A stretch of DNA of 64,000 nucleotides from Candidatus Bathyarchaeota archaeon (GTDB taxonomy: Archaea > Thermoproteota > Bathyarchaeia > Bathyarchaeales > WUQV01), in contig JAGGVF010000006.1 in NCBI GenBank assembly GCA_021158125.1, positions 50,938-114,937 on the forward strand. The letters run 5' to 3'. Each line of letters starts with the position of its first letter. The first letter of the stretch is position 1. Position numbers and translations under genes: made by a program. The notes below the pieces were generated by a model, which made no database searches, was not told the origin of the DNA, and saw only the letters and a program-made list of their open reading frames with translations. Positions 27,417-36,599 of the stretch are shown piece by piece.

Positions 27417-29267
27417 GTGTCTTCAATCAGCTTGGAAAGCATCCTTACTCAGCTTTTTCAGCCTTACTTCTACTACTCAGTCATTCTTTTAACGATTTCA
27501 GCAGTATGTATTAAAATCCTTCTGAGACACTATCACTTCCTAGGAAGGAGAGCAAAAAGCATTATTTACTTAATTCCACTCATAATTCCAGTAGTAGTTA
27601 TGTCGTTCTTTCACCCTGAAGTAACAGCAAGAATGGTTAGTTCCGTCAAGTCCACTATTAAGTCAAACGGTGACAAATTTGTACTTGTAACAATTTTCTC
27701 AACCGAAACTCTTTCAATAACTGGAATCCTGTGCTTAATTGGCTTGACCCTAGGAACAGCCTTTTTTATAACCTTAATTTTCTTTGGCGATAAAATTGCT
27801 ACCAAACTCTTTCATATCATCATGCTTACACGTGACGAGTATCCATGGCTCCAGAAAAGGGTAATTGAGATGGCTAAAAAATTTAACCTTTCAACGCCGA
27901 AAATAGGAATTGTGGAAGACCTCAGACCAAACGCATTCACAATAGGATATGGCCGCAGAGCCATACTCGTCTTTTCAATAGGACTTTTAGACATCCTTAA
28001 CGAAGAAGAAGTGATTGCCGTTGCATCCCACGAATTAGCCCACCTCAAGAACCACGATTTCTTCTTTAAGACGTTATCCAACGCATTAAATATAATTTCA
28101 TTTTTCAATCCCTTTGCATACATCACAGCTTCGGCGGCTCAAAGAGAAAGAGAGATGCTTGCAGATGAGAGTGGATCCAAGCTCCTAAAGCATCCTGAAC
28201 TCCTAGCGAAGGCACTTACAAAAATACATAAAGTATTACAGACGTTTCCTAAAGAAAGCTTACTGGCTCGCTTGACCTCAAGCTTATTCCTTGTATCTCC
28301 TATCGCCCAGAAGTCCGAGATATTTGCAACTCATCCACATGTAAATCAAAGAGTAAGGAACATTGCCAGGTTGACATCAAGGAATAGTTTAGTGCACCGC
28401 AACGCAGCGGTCGCGGTCACACTATCTCTCTTAATAATTTTCGGAGGAATCACAACCAGCTATTATCTGATCAATATTCAAACATCGTTTATACAAAAAG
28501 ATTCACCTATAATTTCGTTGCACCAACCTACTGATAACTTCATGCTTAACCCAAAAAATGGAAACATTCTATTATCCATACCTACATACACCTTAAAGTA
28601 TGTGACCCGCCCCACCCCTAAGTGCATTCATGTTAAAGCAACAACAGGAACGATAATGTTATCTTTGCAAACTGAATTAGAAAATCTGGAAGCCAAATAC
28701 GATAGTATAGACGGAAATAGGCTAATTAACATTAGTAACTCTGAAATCGGTGCTTTTTGTTTAGAGAATTCGGCCTCCGCACCTCTTCCATACAGTTCCA
28801 CGCGACCACAAAGTAGACCTATTTATGGATTTAGAATTGGATTTGAACCCTTTCGGGTATTAGTCCTAGATTTTCACTTAAAGAAGATGGAAAGTTTGCT
28901 CGTTCAGGACAGGCATGGTCGTCATAGCTTAAATACGAGAGGATACACAGCCGTTGAGGCAGTAAACACTATAGAAAGGTACGGCTGGTTTAGACAGGCC
29001 TTCTACTTCAATGTAATAGTTTTTACGCTCGTAAACTTACGGGCCTATATAAACTTCTCATTAAGCACCAGCTTCCTAGTTGTTTTGGGATTGTCAACCA
29101 CTTGGATAGCATTATACACTTATTGGACTTTGGTTCGCAGAAGAGCATTTATCAACTGGAAAGGGCACAGAAACAAAACTGGCCTAAGCAAAATAACACA
29201 GAAGTTTTATCACAAGGCTAGGCGGACGATTGGTGCTCCAACTGCGATTTTCGGGGTTTACCAGTAA
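27417..29267 (+). CDS. BlaR1-like (M56/M48) membrane metalloprotease sensor with an unassigned extracytoplasmic domain
   Basis: Multiple TMs and SHELAHLKNHD (HExxH...D as in M56). About 200 aa of non-hydrophobic region between TM blocks. Immediately follows the blaI-like gene. Confidence 0.8.
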   Translation: MSSISLESILTQLFQPYFYYSVILLTISAVCIKILLRHYHFLGRRAKSIIYLIPLIIPVVVMSFFHPEVTARMVSSVKSTIKSNGDKFVLVTIFSTETLSITGILCLIGLTLGTAFFITLIFFGDKIATKLFHIIMLTRDEYPWLQKRVIEMAKKFNLSTPKIGIVEDLRPNAFTIGYGRRAILVFSIGLLDILNEEEVIAVASHELAHLKNHDFFFKTLSNALNIISFFNPFAYITASAAQREREMLADESGSKLLKHPELLAKALTKIHKVLQTFPKESLLARLTSSLFLVSPIAQKSEIFATHPHVNQRVRNIARLTSRNSLVHRNAAVAVTLSLLIIFGGITTSYYLINIQTSFIQKDSPIISLHQPTDNFMLNPKNGNILLSIPTYTLKYVTRPTPKCIHVKATTGTIMLSLQTELENLEAKYDSIDGNRLINISNSEIGAFCLENSASAPLPYSSTRPQSRPIYGFRIGFEPFRVLVLDFHLKKMESLLVQDRHGRHSLNTRGYTAVEAVNTIERYGWFRQAFYFNVIVFTLVNLRAYINFSLSTSFLVVLGLSTTWIALYTYWTLVRRRAFINWKGHRNKTGLSKITQKFYHKARRTIGAPTAIFGVYQ

Positions 29268-29720
29268 AATGATAACCTAGTGATTACACCATTACGCTTT
29301 CATCTATACCTCTTCTCTCAAGAGATTTCTTCCTTTTCAACTAATGTTTTTACTGAACCATTCACGAAGAGGGGCTGATCCATAGGTTATTGCTAAGACC
29401 CCGATAAACCATAGAAAGAGTATGAAAATGCAGGATGGGGGGGTATATGCTTATGGAGGGTTGCCATGAGTGTGGTGATGTTGGAACCCAAACTATGCGT
29501 ATGCCATTTGCTAATGCGTAGAGTGCAAATGTTAAAACCGATCATCCTACAGCTTGAAGGATTATGAATTCGCCTCTGGAGACCGTTTTTACCCAGTGGC
29601 AAGATATTCCCACGCATAGCATAATTATTGAACTCATTAAAATTCCCAACCCTATGGGTGAAATTAAGTTTTAAACCTCTGCCAGAGAGAAACTAGGCAG
29701 GTGCCCTGCCACAAGGTGAC

Positions 29721-29981
29721 TTAATGATTTTTCATCTTTTCTAGTCTTTTAATTTCTTTTCGAACTGCTTTAATCTCCTCTAGAATCTTATTAATTGTTT
29801 CTGATACTATATTTGCCATTTCTATATTGCCTATTTCACGATAGAATTTTAGCCTTTCCAAAGCATTTTTATGCTGAACCTCCAACGTGGCTAAAGTTTC
29901 CCGTAGCTTATGAAGTAGGAATAGTTGTTCCACCAAATATGTCAACTTATTCTTCAGTAGACAATCCTCTCCATTATACAA
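29721..29981 (-). CDS. small coiled-coil protein
   Basis: 86 codons with heptad-like charged sequence. The overlapping plus-strand ORF looks antisense-derived. Confidence 0.4.
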   Translation of the reverse strand: MYNGEDCLLKNKLTYLVEQLFLLHKLRETLATLEVQHKNALERLKFYREIGNIEMANIVSETINKILEEIKAVRKEIKRLEKMKNH

Positions 29982-30123
29982 AATAACCGAAGCTAACGAA
30001 AAGCATTTCTCCTTATTAATTGTTATGCAGCTCCATCATAATACGTCTAGTTAAATAAGAAGTGACTGCTACTGGCAAAATGGCTCTGATACTGCTACCT
30101 CCATCAATTCCTTCCTTAAGAAT

Positions 30124-30798
30124 TCACGTATCTTTTCCTCTTTCTTTCAACTTAGCTAGTTGCTCAAATTTAGTCTCTATCTCTTGCTCAATTGGTTTAA
30201 CATGTGCGGAGAGATTCTCTAAGCCATCCTGAAAGCCTAATCGTATTTCTGGATATTTTTCACTAAGCTTCAAAATTTCATCAAAAAAGGAATAAAACTT
30301 ATCAGCTGAAAAACTTGAAAGCCTACTTCTAGACTCCCATGGAAGCTCACTTTCAATGAGCCCAGTAGCTAATAAAGGAAGCGTCTCATAAATCAACCAA
30401 ACCATTATTGAACCAGCATCTTTTTGACTTATGAGATTATACTTCAGACTTTCCTTCAACAGTCGAAGCTTATCAAAGCAGTCGTCCCACATTGCCTTTA
30501 GCATCTTCTCTTTCTTTTCAAATCTCTCTACAGTTTCAGTTAACGAAATAACGCTTTTCTTCCCTCTTCTCTTTTTCTCCCATTTGACTAAACCCATTTT
30601 TTCAAGTTCAATTAACTTCTTTCGTAAAGAAACATGAGAGATGTATTCTCGCAAATCGGCACATAATTCTCTGAAGCCACAGCTACCTTTTTTTAAACGA
30701 TCCAAAATTATCTTATCCACATCTCTCTCCATTTGGCTGTTCATGTAATAATCACCAGTGACCAAGTGAGTGTTAAAGTAAGATATTAATACTTTCAC
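30124..30798 (-). CDS. wHTH-domain protein
   Basis: ILDRLKKGSCGFRELCADLREYISHVSLRKKLIELEKMGLVKWEKK fits a winged helix. The helical C-terminal domain is unassigned. Confidence 0.5.
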   Translation of the reverse strand: MKVLISYFNTHLVTGDYYMNSQMERDVDKIILDRLKKGSCGFRELCADLREYISHVSLRKKLIELEKMGLVKWEKKRRGKKSVISLTETVERFEKKEKMLKAMWDDCFDKLRLLKESLKYNLISQKDAGSIMVWLIYETLPLLATGLIESELPWESRSRLSSFSADKFYSFFDEILKLSEKYPEIRLGFQDGLENLSAHVKPIEQEIETKFEQLAKLKERGKDT

Positions 30799-30819
30799 AC
30801 ATAAATATTTTTCTTACAG

Positions 30820-31383
30820 ATGAAAAGGATGAAGAAGAATTACAAGGGGCTAATAATACAGTTTCTCAACAAAGCCACAGCCCCTATGAATGTAGAACAA
30901 GTCAGAACCGTGTGCGGAATAAGAAGCAGGAATGCCGCATTAAAACTTTGTCTCGAACTCCTTACAGAAGGGAAAATCAAAGGGCAAAAAACATCAAAAG
31001 GTTGGATTTTTTGGATTCACAAATCAATACAATTAAAACCATGGCAAGAAGCAGTAGGAACCTTCAAAGAATTGAAAATCACTAAAGAAAACATAAAAGT
31101 AATCCTGAAAATTTCCAAAGACCTAACAATAACCATACCAAAAACACCACACACAGAACAAACAGTCCAAACCCTACAAAAAATACCAAAAGGAACAAAA
31201 ATTGCAATACTCCACACAAGCAACCCACAAAAACCAATAATGATTAGAACCTTCAACGAAACCGCAGTTTCGACAAAAAATTTTTTGTCGAAACCGTGGT
31301 TTCGCAAAAGGGCGTCGTTAGTTGCGTTTATGATGGTTGCGTTGAAGAAGGCCCTTTTTACGATGCCCGAGTTGCGTTTATGA
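30820..31383 (+). CDS. hypothetical protein with N-terminal wHTH-like region
   Basis: LIIQFLNKATAPMNVEQVRTVCGIRSRNAALKLCLELLTEGKIKGQK. The 3' 130 nt overlap strongly structured DNA (palindrome plus direct repeats), so the real C-terminus is uncertain. Confidence 0.4.
   Translation: MKRMKKNYKGLIIQFLNKATAPMNVEQVRTVCGIRSRNAALKLCLELLTEGKIKGQKTSKGWIFWIHKSIQLKPWQEAVGTFKELKITKENIKVILKISKDLTITIPKTPHTEQTVQTLQKIPKGTKIAILHTSNPQKPIMIRTFNETAVSTKNFLSKPWFRKRASLVAFMMVALKKALFTMPELRL
31267..31294. repeat. perfect 28-nt palindrome GTTTCGACAAAAAATTTTTTGTCGAAAC
   Basis: Read directly. Flanked by two CGAAAC-N4-GTTTCG sub-palindromes. Lies 90 nt upstream of the integrase start at 31385. Confidence 0.8.
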
Positions 31384-31384
31384 G

Positions 31385-32827
31385 GTGGTGGCTATGTATG
31401 GAAGGCCTGACTGGTGGAGTTTCCTGCGGATTAGTAGTGATGGGTGGTCGAGTGAATTTCGTAGTGTAGATAGACTTTTGAGGCATTTGTCACGGAAGAC
31501 AGGGAGTATTGCTTCCAGGAACGCATATTGTTATATTCTGTGGAAGTTATGTGAAAGCGATTATGTCCAAAAGAGGTTGGGCTCAGAAATTAATCCTGAT
31601 CAACTTATTCTTAAGGCAAAGGAAGATCCCGAACTTATAACAAATATTGTCCAGGCATTTGGTGACGAGGTTTATCGAAAGAGATCTGTTAGATACGCTA
31701 ACCACAGGATTCAATTATTGAAAACTTTCTTCAAGGTCAACAAAGTCGACTCTAAGTTGGATCTAAATTTGTATTCGCAACCAACACGAAGCCGCAAAAG
31801 ACCAGAGTATATTCCCACGCTAGAAGAAGCATTAAGGATGGCTGAGGTTTCTGGAAATCTTAGAGATAGGCTTATCATTGAATTTCTGCTCTATACTGGT
31901 TTGCGAAACTCTACCCTTAGAGCACTAGTGTACAATGAGCATTATCCAGAACCTCTTCTGAAAGAGTATACAATTAAAAGGGAGCTAGAAAGGGGCGAAG
32001 AGTGCATTGTTATAATCGTCCATGAAATTATGAAAGAGCGAGTGCCAAATGCGTGTAAAAATCGAATATTCTACTATACTTTCATTCCACCAAAAGTTAC
32101 AGCCGACCTTCACGCCTATATCAGAGAAAGAGAGGAAAAATACGGCCCCCTCCGTGATGATGATCCAATTTTTCCTACGGGAAATAGAAGGATACCGCTA
32201 AGTGTAAGACTCCAAACCCCGATTTCATCACGTGAACTGCAGGAAATAGTTAAAAAGGCGGCAAAGAGAGCTGGAGTAGAACATGAGCGTTATGTATATC
32301 CACACTGTCTCCGGAAGACTTATGAAAGCTTTCTACGTAATCAACCCAATGATGTGAAGTTAGACATCAAGGAACGGGAATTCCTTTTCGGTCACGTTTT
32401 GCCGGGCAGCCAAGACACCTACTTCGATAGGACAAAAATTGAAGAAATGCGAGCAAAATATGCTAGATTAAACTTCGAACCGATTGTTATTGAAACGGAG
32501 GAACGGGTAGTAAAACAGGAAGATCTTCAGTCATTCCTTGAGCAAGGCTGGAAATTTGTGGCTGCATTGTCGAACGGCAAAGTCGTAATTTCTAGGAAAG
32601 TCAAAAGACAGGCCAAAAAAGTGCATATAACACCTGAGTTTGACAGAGACTCATGCACAGCTCAGAATACTCCACTATCAACCAAAGAAAGGGAACATAA
32701 CAATCTTCCAAGAGCTTCGCAAGAAAATGAAGCTACTTTTACCGACAATCAGAAATTAGATTTAGAAGAATCCCTTACTAAAAAAACGAGGCAAAAAAAG
32801 CTCCAGGAGTTTCTTTCGCCTGATTAA
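31385..32827 (+). CDS. tyrosine recombinase/integrase (long archaeal type), paralog A
   Basis: GLRNSTLRAL (Arg), HCLRKTYESFL (HxxR), GHVLPGSQDTYFD (His...Tyr). Confidence 0.85.
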   Translation: MVAMYGRPDWWSFLRISSDGWSSEFRSVDRLLRHLSRKTGSIASRNAYCYILWKLCESDYVQKRLGSEINPDQLILKAKEDPELITNIVQAFGDEVYRKRSVRYANHRIQLLKTFFKVNKVDSKLDLNLYSQPTRSRKRPEYIPTLEEALRMAEVSGNLRDRLIIEFLLYTGLRNSTLRALVYNEHYPEPLLKEYTIKRELERGEECIVIIVHEIMKERVPNACKNRIFYYTFIPPKVTADLHAYIREREEKYGPLRDDDPIFPTGNRRIPLSVRLQTPISSRELQEIVKKAAKRAGVEHERYVYPHCLRKTYESFLRNQPNDVKLDIKEREFLFGHVLPGSQDTYFDRTKIEEMRAKYARLNFEPIVIETEERVVKQEDLQSFLEQGWKFVAALSNGKVVISRKVKRQAKKVHITPEFDRDSCTAQNTPLSTKEREHNNLPRASQENEATFTDNQKLDLEESLTKKTRQKKLQEFLSPD

Positions 32828-32837
32828 CGGGCTTGTG

Positions 32838-34076
32838 TTATATTTTTTGTCTATATTTTCTCATCTGGACGTATTCCTCTATCACTTTATCTGGGTCAAG
32901 TCCCGTACCCTCAAATGCTTTTGCAACAGCCATTCTCAAAATCTTGAATTTATTCTCCACAACGACTCTTCCGAAGCTGAGTCTCGCGTATTCTGCCCTT
33001 AAGTATTCCACTTTAGATTTATCGAAGTAGGTGTCTTGGCTGCCCGGCAGGATGTGGCCCATAAAGAATTCCTGAATTTTTGGGTCTAATCGTCCACCGT
33101 CTATGAGCTCGCTATGCAGGACCGTTTCAAATGCCTTACGAAGACTATGTGGAGTTATATATTTCCACTGCTGAATTCCAGCTTTCTTTGCGGCTGATTT
33201 AACTATAAACTGGACTTGTCTTGATGTCAGGATTTTTGATCTCCGTTTGCTTCTTTCAATTTGGTTATAGTCTGAGGAAAAAAGAGGCTCATGACTTAAT
33301 ATTTCTCCATATTTCTCTTCTCTCTCACGCAAATAAAGCCTAATTGCCTCAGTTGCTTCATCACATGTGAAAGTAAAGTAGGAGATATTACGTTTACACG
33401 CGTATGGATCTACAAGTTTCATCTCAGGATAAACTGGAATAAGGAGGTTACTAACACCTTTTGACAGCTCTTCTTCAATATCTCTGATAAGCAACGCTCG
33501 TAAAGTAGAGTTTCTGATACCGCTACTGTAGAGTGTTAGAATTATAGCTCTATCTCTTAATGAAGCCGCACAGTCAGCCATTGCATAAATTTCATTTTTC
33601 TTTGGAATATACTCGGGAACTTTTCTATATCTCGCTGGCATGTAATATCGTTCGACTTCAAGTCCCTTGGATCCTTTAAAACCGTTTACTCTAAAAAATG
33701 TAGTTAGAAGCTCGATTATGTTGTTCAGGTATCTTACACTATAACTACCATTACTACTGTAATTGTATTCATCTACATAGTCTTGAATGAGTTTTTCAAT
33801 TGTACTTTTAGGAAGTGTAATGAGTTTATCTGGATTCGCTCCGGCATAGATGCAGAAGGAGTAAAGTCTGTACAAGTAGGCTCTTCGTGAAGCCTCACTT
33901 CTACATTTTCTTGAAAGGTACCTAAGCAATAGATCCACGCTTTGATATTCGCTTCTCCATCCGTTAACCTTCAGGAAGCTAAAGCATTTGCCTGACTCTC
34001 TTGGTTGACACTGACTAACTAAGTGCTTGCCTTTATTTAGTACTCTAGTTGTTTGCATAAAAAATGATACATTCAA
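32838..34076 (-). CDS. tyrosine recombinase/integrase, paralog B (convergent with A)
   Basis: GIRNSTLRAL, HSLRKAFETVL, GHILPGSQDTYFD. The N-terminal WRSEYQSVDLLLRYLSRK parallels paralog A. Confidence 0.85.
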   Translation of the reverse strand: MNVSFFMQTTRVLNKGKHLVSQCQPRESGKCFSFLKVNGWRSEYQSVDLLLRYLSRKCRSEASRRAYLYRLYSFCIYAGANPDKLITLPKSTIEKLIQDYVDEYNYSSNGSYSVRYLNNIIELLTTFFRVNGFKGSKGLEVERYYMPARYRKVPEYIPKKNEIYAMADCAASLRDRAIILTLYSSGIRNSTLRALLIRDIEEELSKGVSNLLIPVYPEMKLVDPYACKRNISYFTFTCDEATEAIRLYLREREEKYGEILSHEPLFSSDYNQIERSKRRSKILTSRQVQFIVKSAAKKAGIQQWKYITPHSLRKAFETVLHSELIDGGRLDPKIQEFFMGHILPGSQDTYFDKSKVEYLRAEYARLSFGRVVVENKFKILRMAVAKAFEGTGLDPDKVIEEYVQMRKYRQKI

Positions 34077-34078
34077 AT

Positions 34079-35257
34079 TTATGCACCTTTACACTGAGAA
34101 TATTTCGTAATCTTTGTTTGATCGGATTCGGCTATTTTTTCAATGGAATTTCTTTCTATTACTTCAAGGATTTTTGCTGGGAAATATTTGATTTCTTTGT
34201 ATCTATTCTGTCTGTATTTAAATTCCCTTTCATCTCTTTGTTCCAAATTTTGTATTGTTGCCAAAAATTCTTCGAAGATAGGCTCTAGCAATCTTAGGAA
34301 ACCATGTCCTTTCTCGATAAACGTATTTACGTCAATAATACCTGTTGTAGCTATGTCATACCATACCTTCAAATGGATTGCGTATTCTGTTAACCTTACA
34401 ACATAAAGTCCTCTTTTTGGAACTGTACGCTTTATTTCTCTCAACACGTTAGGTGCCACGCCAGCATTTGGTATAATTACATATCCGATACTTGCGTTCA
34501 GACCATCCATGTATTCTGATACTTTCCTTATTTTTTCTCTAATAGTGTTGACATTTTCAGTTGTGACCTCGTCTGCAACTATCTTTATTCTGTGATTGTT
34601 AATGAAAACGTCTGGTTGGTACTGGCCTATCTTTTCCTTGAACTTGATTTCTCCGTTGTTTGGCCAGAAGATTGTTGTAATTTCCTTTACGCTTTGTTCG
34701 TGTACTGCTTGTGCAGTTCTTGCTTCTGCTAGTTCCTCTAACTGTACTCGAAGCGGGTCTCTTTCCAGATCTTTTATCTTTTGTTTTAAGGCTTTTATTT
34801 CTTCATATAATTGGGTGTGCTCTTTTTGTTCTATTCTTTCGAAGGCGGATTCTAGCTTAGTTATTACGTTGGCTAGTCTGTTTACGGTTTCGTTTTGGAT
34901 CTTGGCATTTTTGTCGGTTATCTCTTTAAAAGCGTTTGCTGTAATTTCGCTTAGCTTTGTGTATGTCCCTTTTAGTAGGTTTACGGCACTCTGAAGTCTC
35001 TCTGAGTATTCGTTAAGGAGCTTTTCACGGAGTTCCCTTGAATCCCTATCTTGCTTTTCTCTAAGCTTTTCAATTTTCTCCTCAAGGCCTTCAAGTATTT
35101 TTATCCGCTCTTCTAATTTTGCTAGTTGCGTCAAGGTTGCGTTATTATTACTGGTTAGTTTTGGAACTTTTGGAACTTTTGGAAGTAACCCCTTTCTCCT
35201 GAGGATGTAGTATATCGTCGATCCAAGTATTATTAAAAGGATTATCTCCAGCAACAT
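34079..35257 (-). CDS. membrane-anchored coiled-coil protein with a possible RmuC/PD-(D/E)xK-like C-terminal domain
   Basis: N-terminal TM, about 170 aa of coiled coil, then YQPDVFINNHRIKIVADEVTT (PD...DEV). The functional assignment is weak. Confidence 0.35.
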   Translation of the reverse strand: MLLEIILLIILGSTIYYILRRKGLLPKVPKVPKLTSNNNATLTQLAKLEERIKILEGLEEKIEKLREKQDRDSRELREKLLNEYSERLQSAVNLLKGTYTKLSEITANAFKEITDKNAKIQNETVNRLANVITKLESAFERIEQKEHTQLYEEIKALKQKIKDLERDPLRVQLEELAEARTAQAVHEQSVKEITTIFWPNNGEIKFKEKIGQYQPDVFINNHRIKIVADEVTTENVNTIREKIRKVSEYMDGLNASIGYVIIPNAGVAPNVLREIKRTVPKRGLYVVRLTEYAIHLKVWYDIATTGIIDVNTFIEKGHGFLRLLEPIFEEFLATIQNLEQRDEREFKYRQNRYKEIKYFPAKILEVIERNSIEKIAESDQTKITKYSQCKGA

Positions 35258-35380
35258 CTATCTCACGCTCATAACACTTGTTTGTCTTATAATAAGACAG
35301 GTAAGACAGGAATATAAGTATTTCGCTTAAACTAAGATTTATAAATGAACCAAGACAAATACTTAAAGCAGTGATTATTA

Positions 35381-35542
35381 ATGGCTAAGAAAACATGGTC
35401 AACAAGGCTAGACGAGGAAACGGAAAGAAAAGTAAGAAACCTTATCGAGAAAACAGGATTGAAGGAAGCAGAAGTCCTACGAAGACTAATAATAATAGGA
35501 CTAAAAAACGTAAAAGAACCAGCAGACCTCTTAAAAATATAA
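35381..35542 (+). CDS. ribbon-helix-helix (CopG-like) protein
   Basis: MAKKTWSTRLDEETERKVRNLIEKTGLKEAEVLRRLIIIGLKNV is a typical RHH pattern. Below the track cutoff. Confidence 0.55.
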   Translation: MAKKTWSTRLDEETERKVRNLIEKTGLKEAEVLRRLIIIGLKNVKEPADLLKI

Positions 35543-35622
35543 CTTTATTATCTTAACTTAGCTATGATTACTACTACACTTATCCATTTTCAATTATTGA
35601 GCTGTAAAACTTAAAAGTAAAT

Positions 35623-35868
35623 TTGTCCTATTGCCATAATGAAGCCAAAATGAGTAAAGGCATAAAATACATGGTACTAATCGTTCAATATAAGGAGAAG
35701 GATGAAAAAATCATTGATGAAATTCTAAAAAAATTTGAGGGCAGTATCAATGCCAAAAATGGTCAAGTTTTGTGTCCATACAAGGGTTATGAAAGGCGGC
35801 TAATTACAGCTCTTGAAAGTATACTAGAGCTAACAAGGACAGCCAACAAAATTAGTGGTAACATTTAA
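35623..35868 (+). CDS. small hypothetical protein
   Basis: 81-codon ORF; an internal ATG at about 35650 may be the start. No motif. Confidence 0.35.
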   Translation: MSYCHNEAKMSKGIKYMVLIVQYKEKDEKIIDEILKKFEGSINAKNGQVLCPYKGYERRLITALESILELTRTANKISGNI

Positions 35869-35909
35869 CTTACTTATGTGTACAATTACTAAAACATAGA
35901 GGGATAGAA

Positions 35910-36599
35910 TTGAGAGAGCGAATAGCGAATAAATGTCTTTTTTGTAAGGCTGATTTGGAAAACAACGAAGTATGCCCTGAATGTGGACTAAGTCAAAACG
36001 AAAGAACCCTTGTTGATTGGGAAATTAAAAAATTACTTGATTTAGAAGTAATTATTGTTGAACCAATACTTAACTTGGAGGAGCAGTTAGGCCCTACGGG
36101 GTTAGATTTGAGACTTGATGGCGTATTTAGAGAACTTCGACATACACGAAGGGGATTTATTGATTTATCATCCGAAATACCTGAACATGAATTTTATGAT
36201 ACCAAAATTTTAGAAATAGATAAAGGACAGCATTACTATATACAGCCGGGAAAGTTTGTCCTAGGTCAGACTTTTGAGTATGTTGCGTTACCTGAGTTCA
36301 TCTTAGGAGAACTTGACGGAAGGAGTAGCTGGAGTAAATCGGGGCTTGAAGTTCATGCGACAGCTTCCAAAATTGCACCAGGATTTAAAGGGCATATTAC
36401 CTTTGAACTAAAAAATTCTGGAGAAATGCCAGTCAAGTTGCAACCCCTCTCACGAGTAGCATGTCTAACTTTTAGGGTCACTAAAAGACCTCAAAAAACT
36501 TACAAAGGCAAATTTCAATTTCAAGTAAAAATTAAACCGCCAAAACCTGATGATGATGTGAAAAGACTAGATTCATACTTCAAGCAGAACGTGGGTTAA
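35910..36599 (+). CDS. dCTP deaminase/dUTPase-superfamily protein with N-terminal zinc ribbon
   Basis: CLFCKADLENNEVCPECG, then Dcd-like LGPTGLDLRLDG, IQPGKFVLGQTFEYVALP, DGRSSWSKSGLEVH, APGFKGHITFELKNSG. Confidence 0.8.
   Translation: MRERIANKCLFCKADLENNEVCPECGLSQNERTLVDWEIKKLLDLEVIIVEPILNLEEQLGPTGLDLRLDGVFRELRHTRRGFIDLSSEIPEHEFYDTKILEIDKGQHYYIQPGKFVLGQTFEYVALPEFILGELDGRSSWSKSGLEVHATASKIAPGFKGHITFELKNSGEMPVKLQPLSRVACLTFRVTKRPQKTYKGKFQFQVKIKPPKPDDDVKRLDSYFKQNVG

Noticed and set aside
29268-29720. Possible degraded membrane-protein gene (track ORF 29393-29617 and adjacent frames, G7/C7 run at about 29438-29445)
   Set aside because: Fragments in two minus-strand frames look vaguely membrane-like, but there is no continuous ORF, no motif and no clear start. 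That is insufficient to call a pseudogene.
35159-35185. Tandem 9-nt repeat TTTTGGAAC x2 plus TTTTGGAAG
   Set aside because: It lies inside the coding region of 34079-35257 and simply encodes the KVPKVPK segment after the TM helix. It is not a regulatory or satellite repeat.
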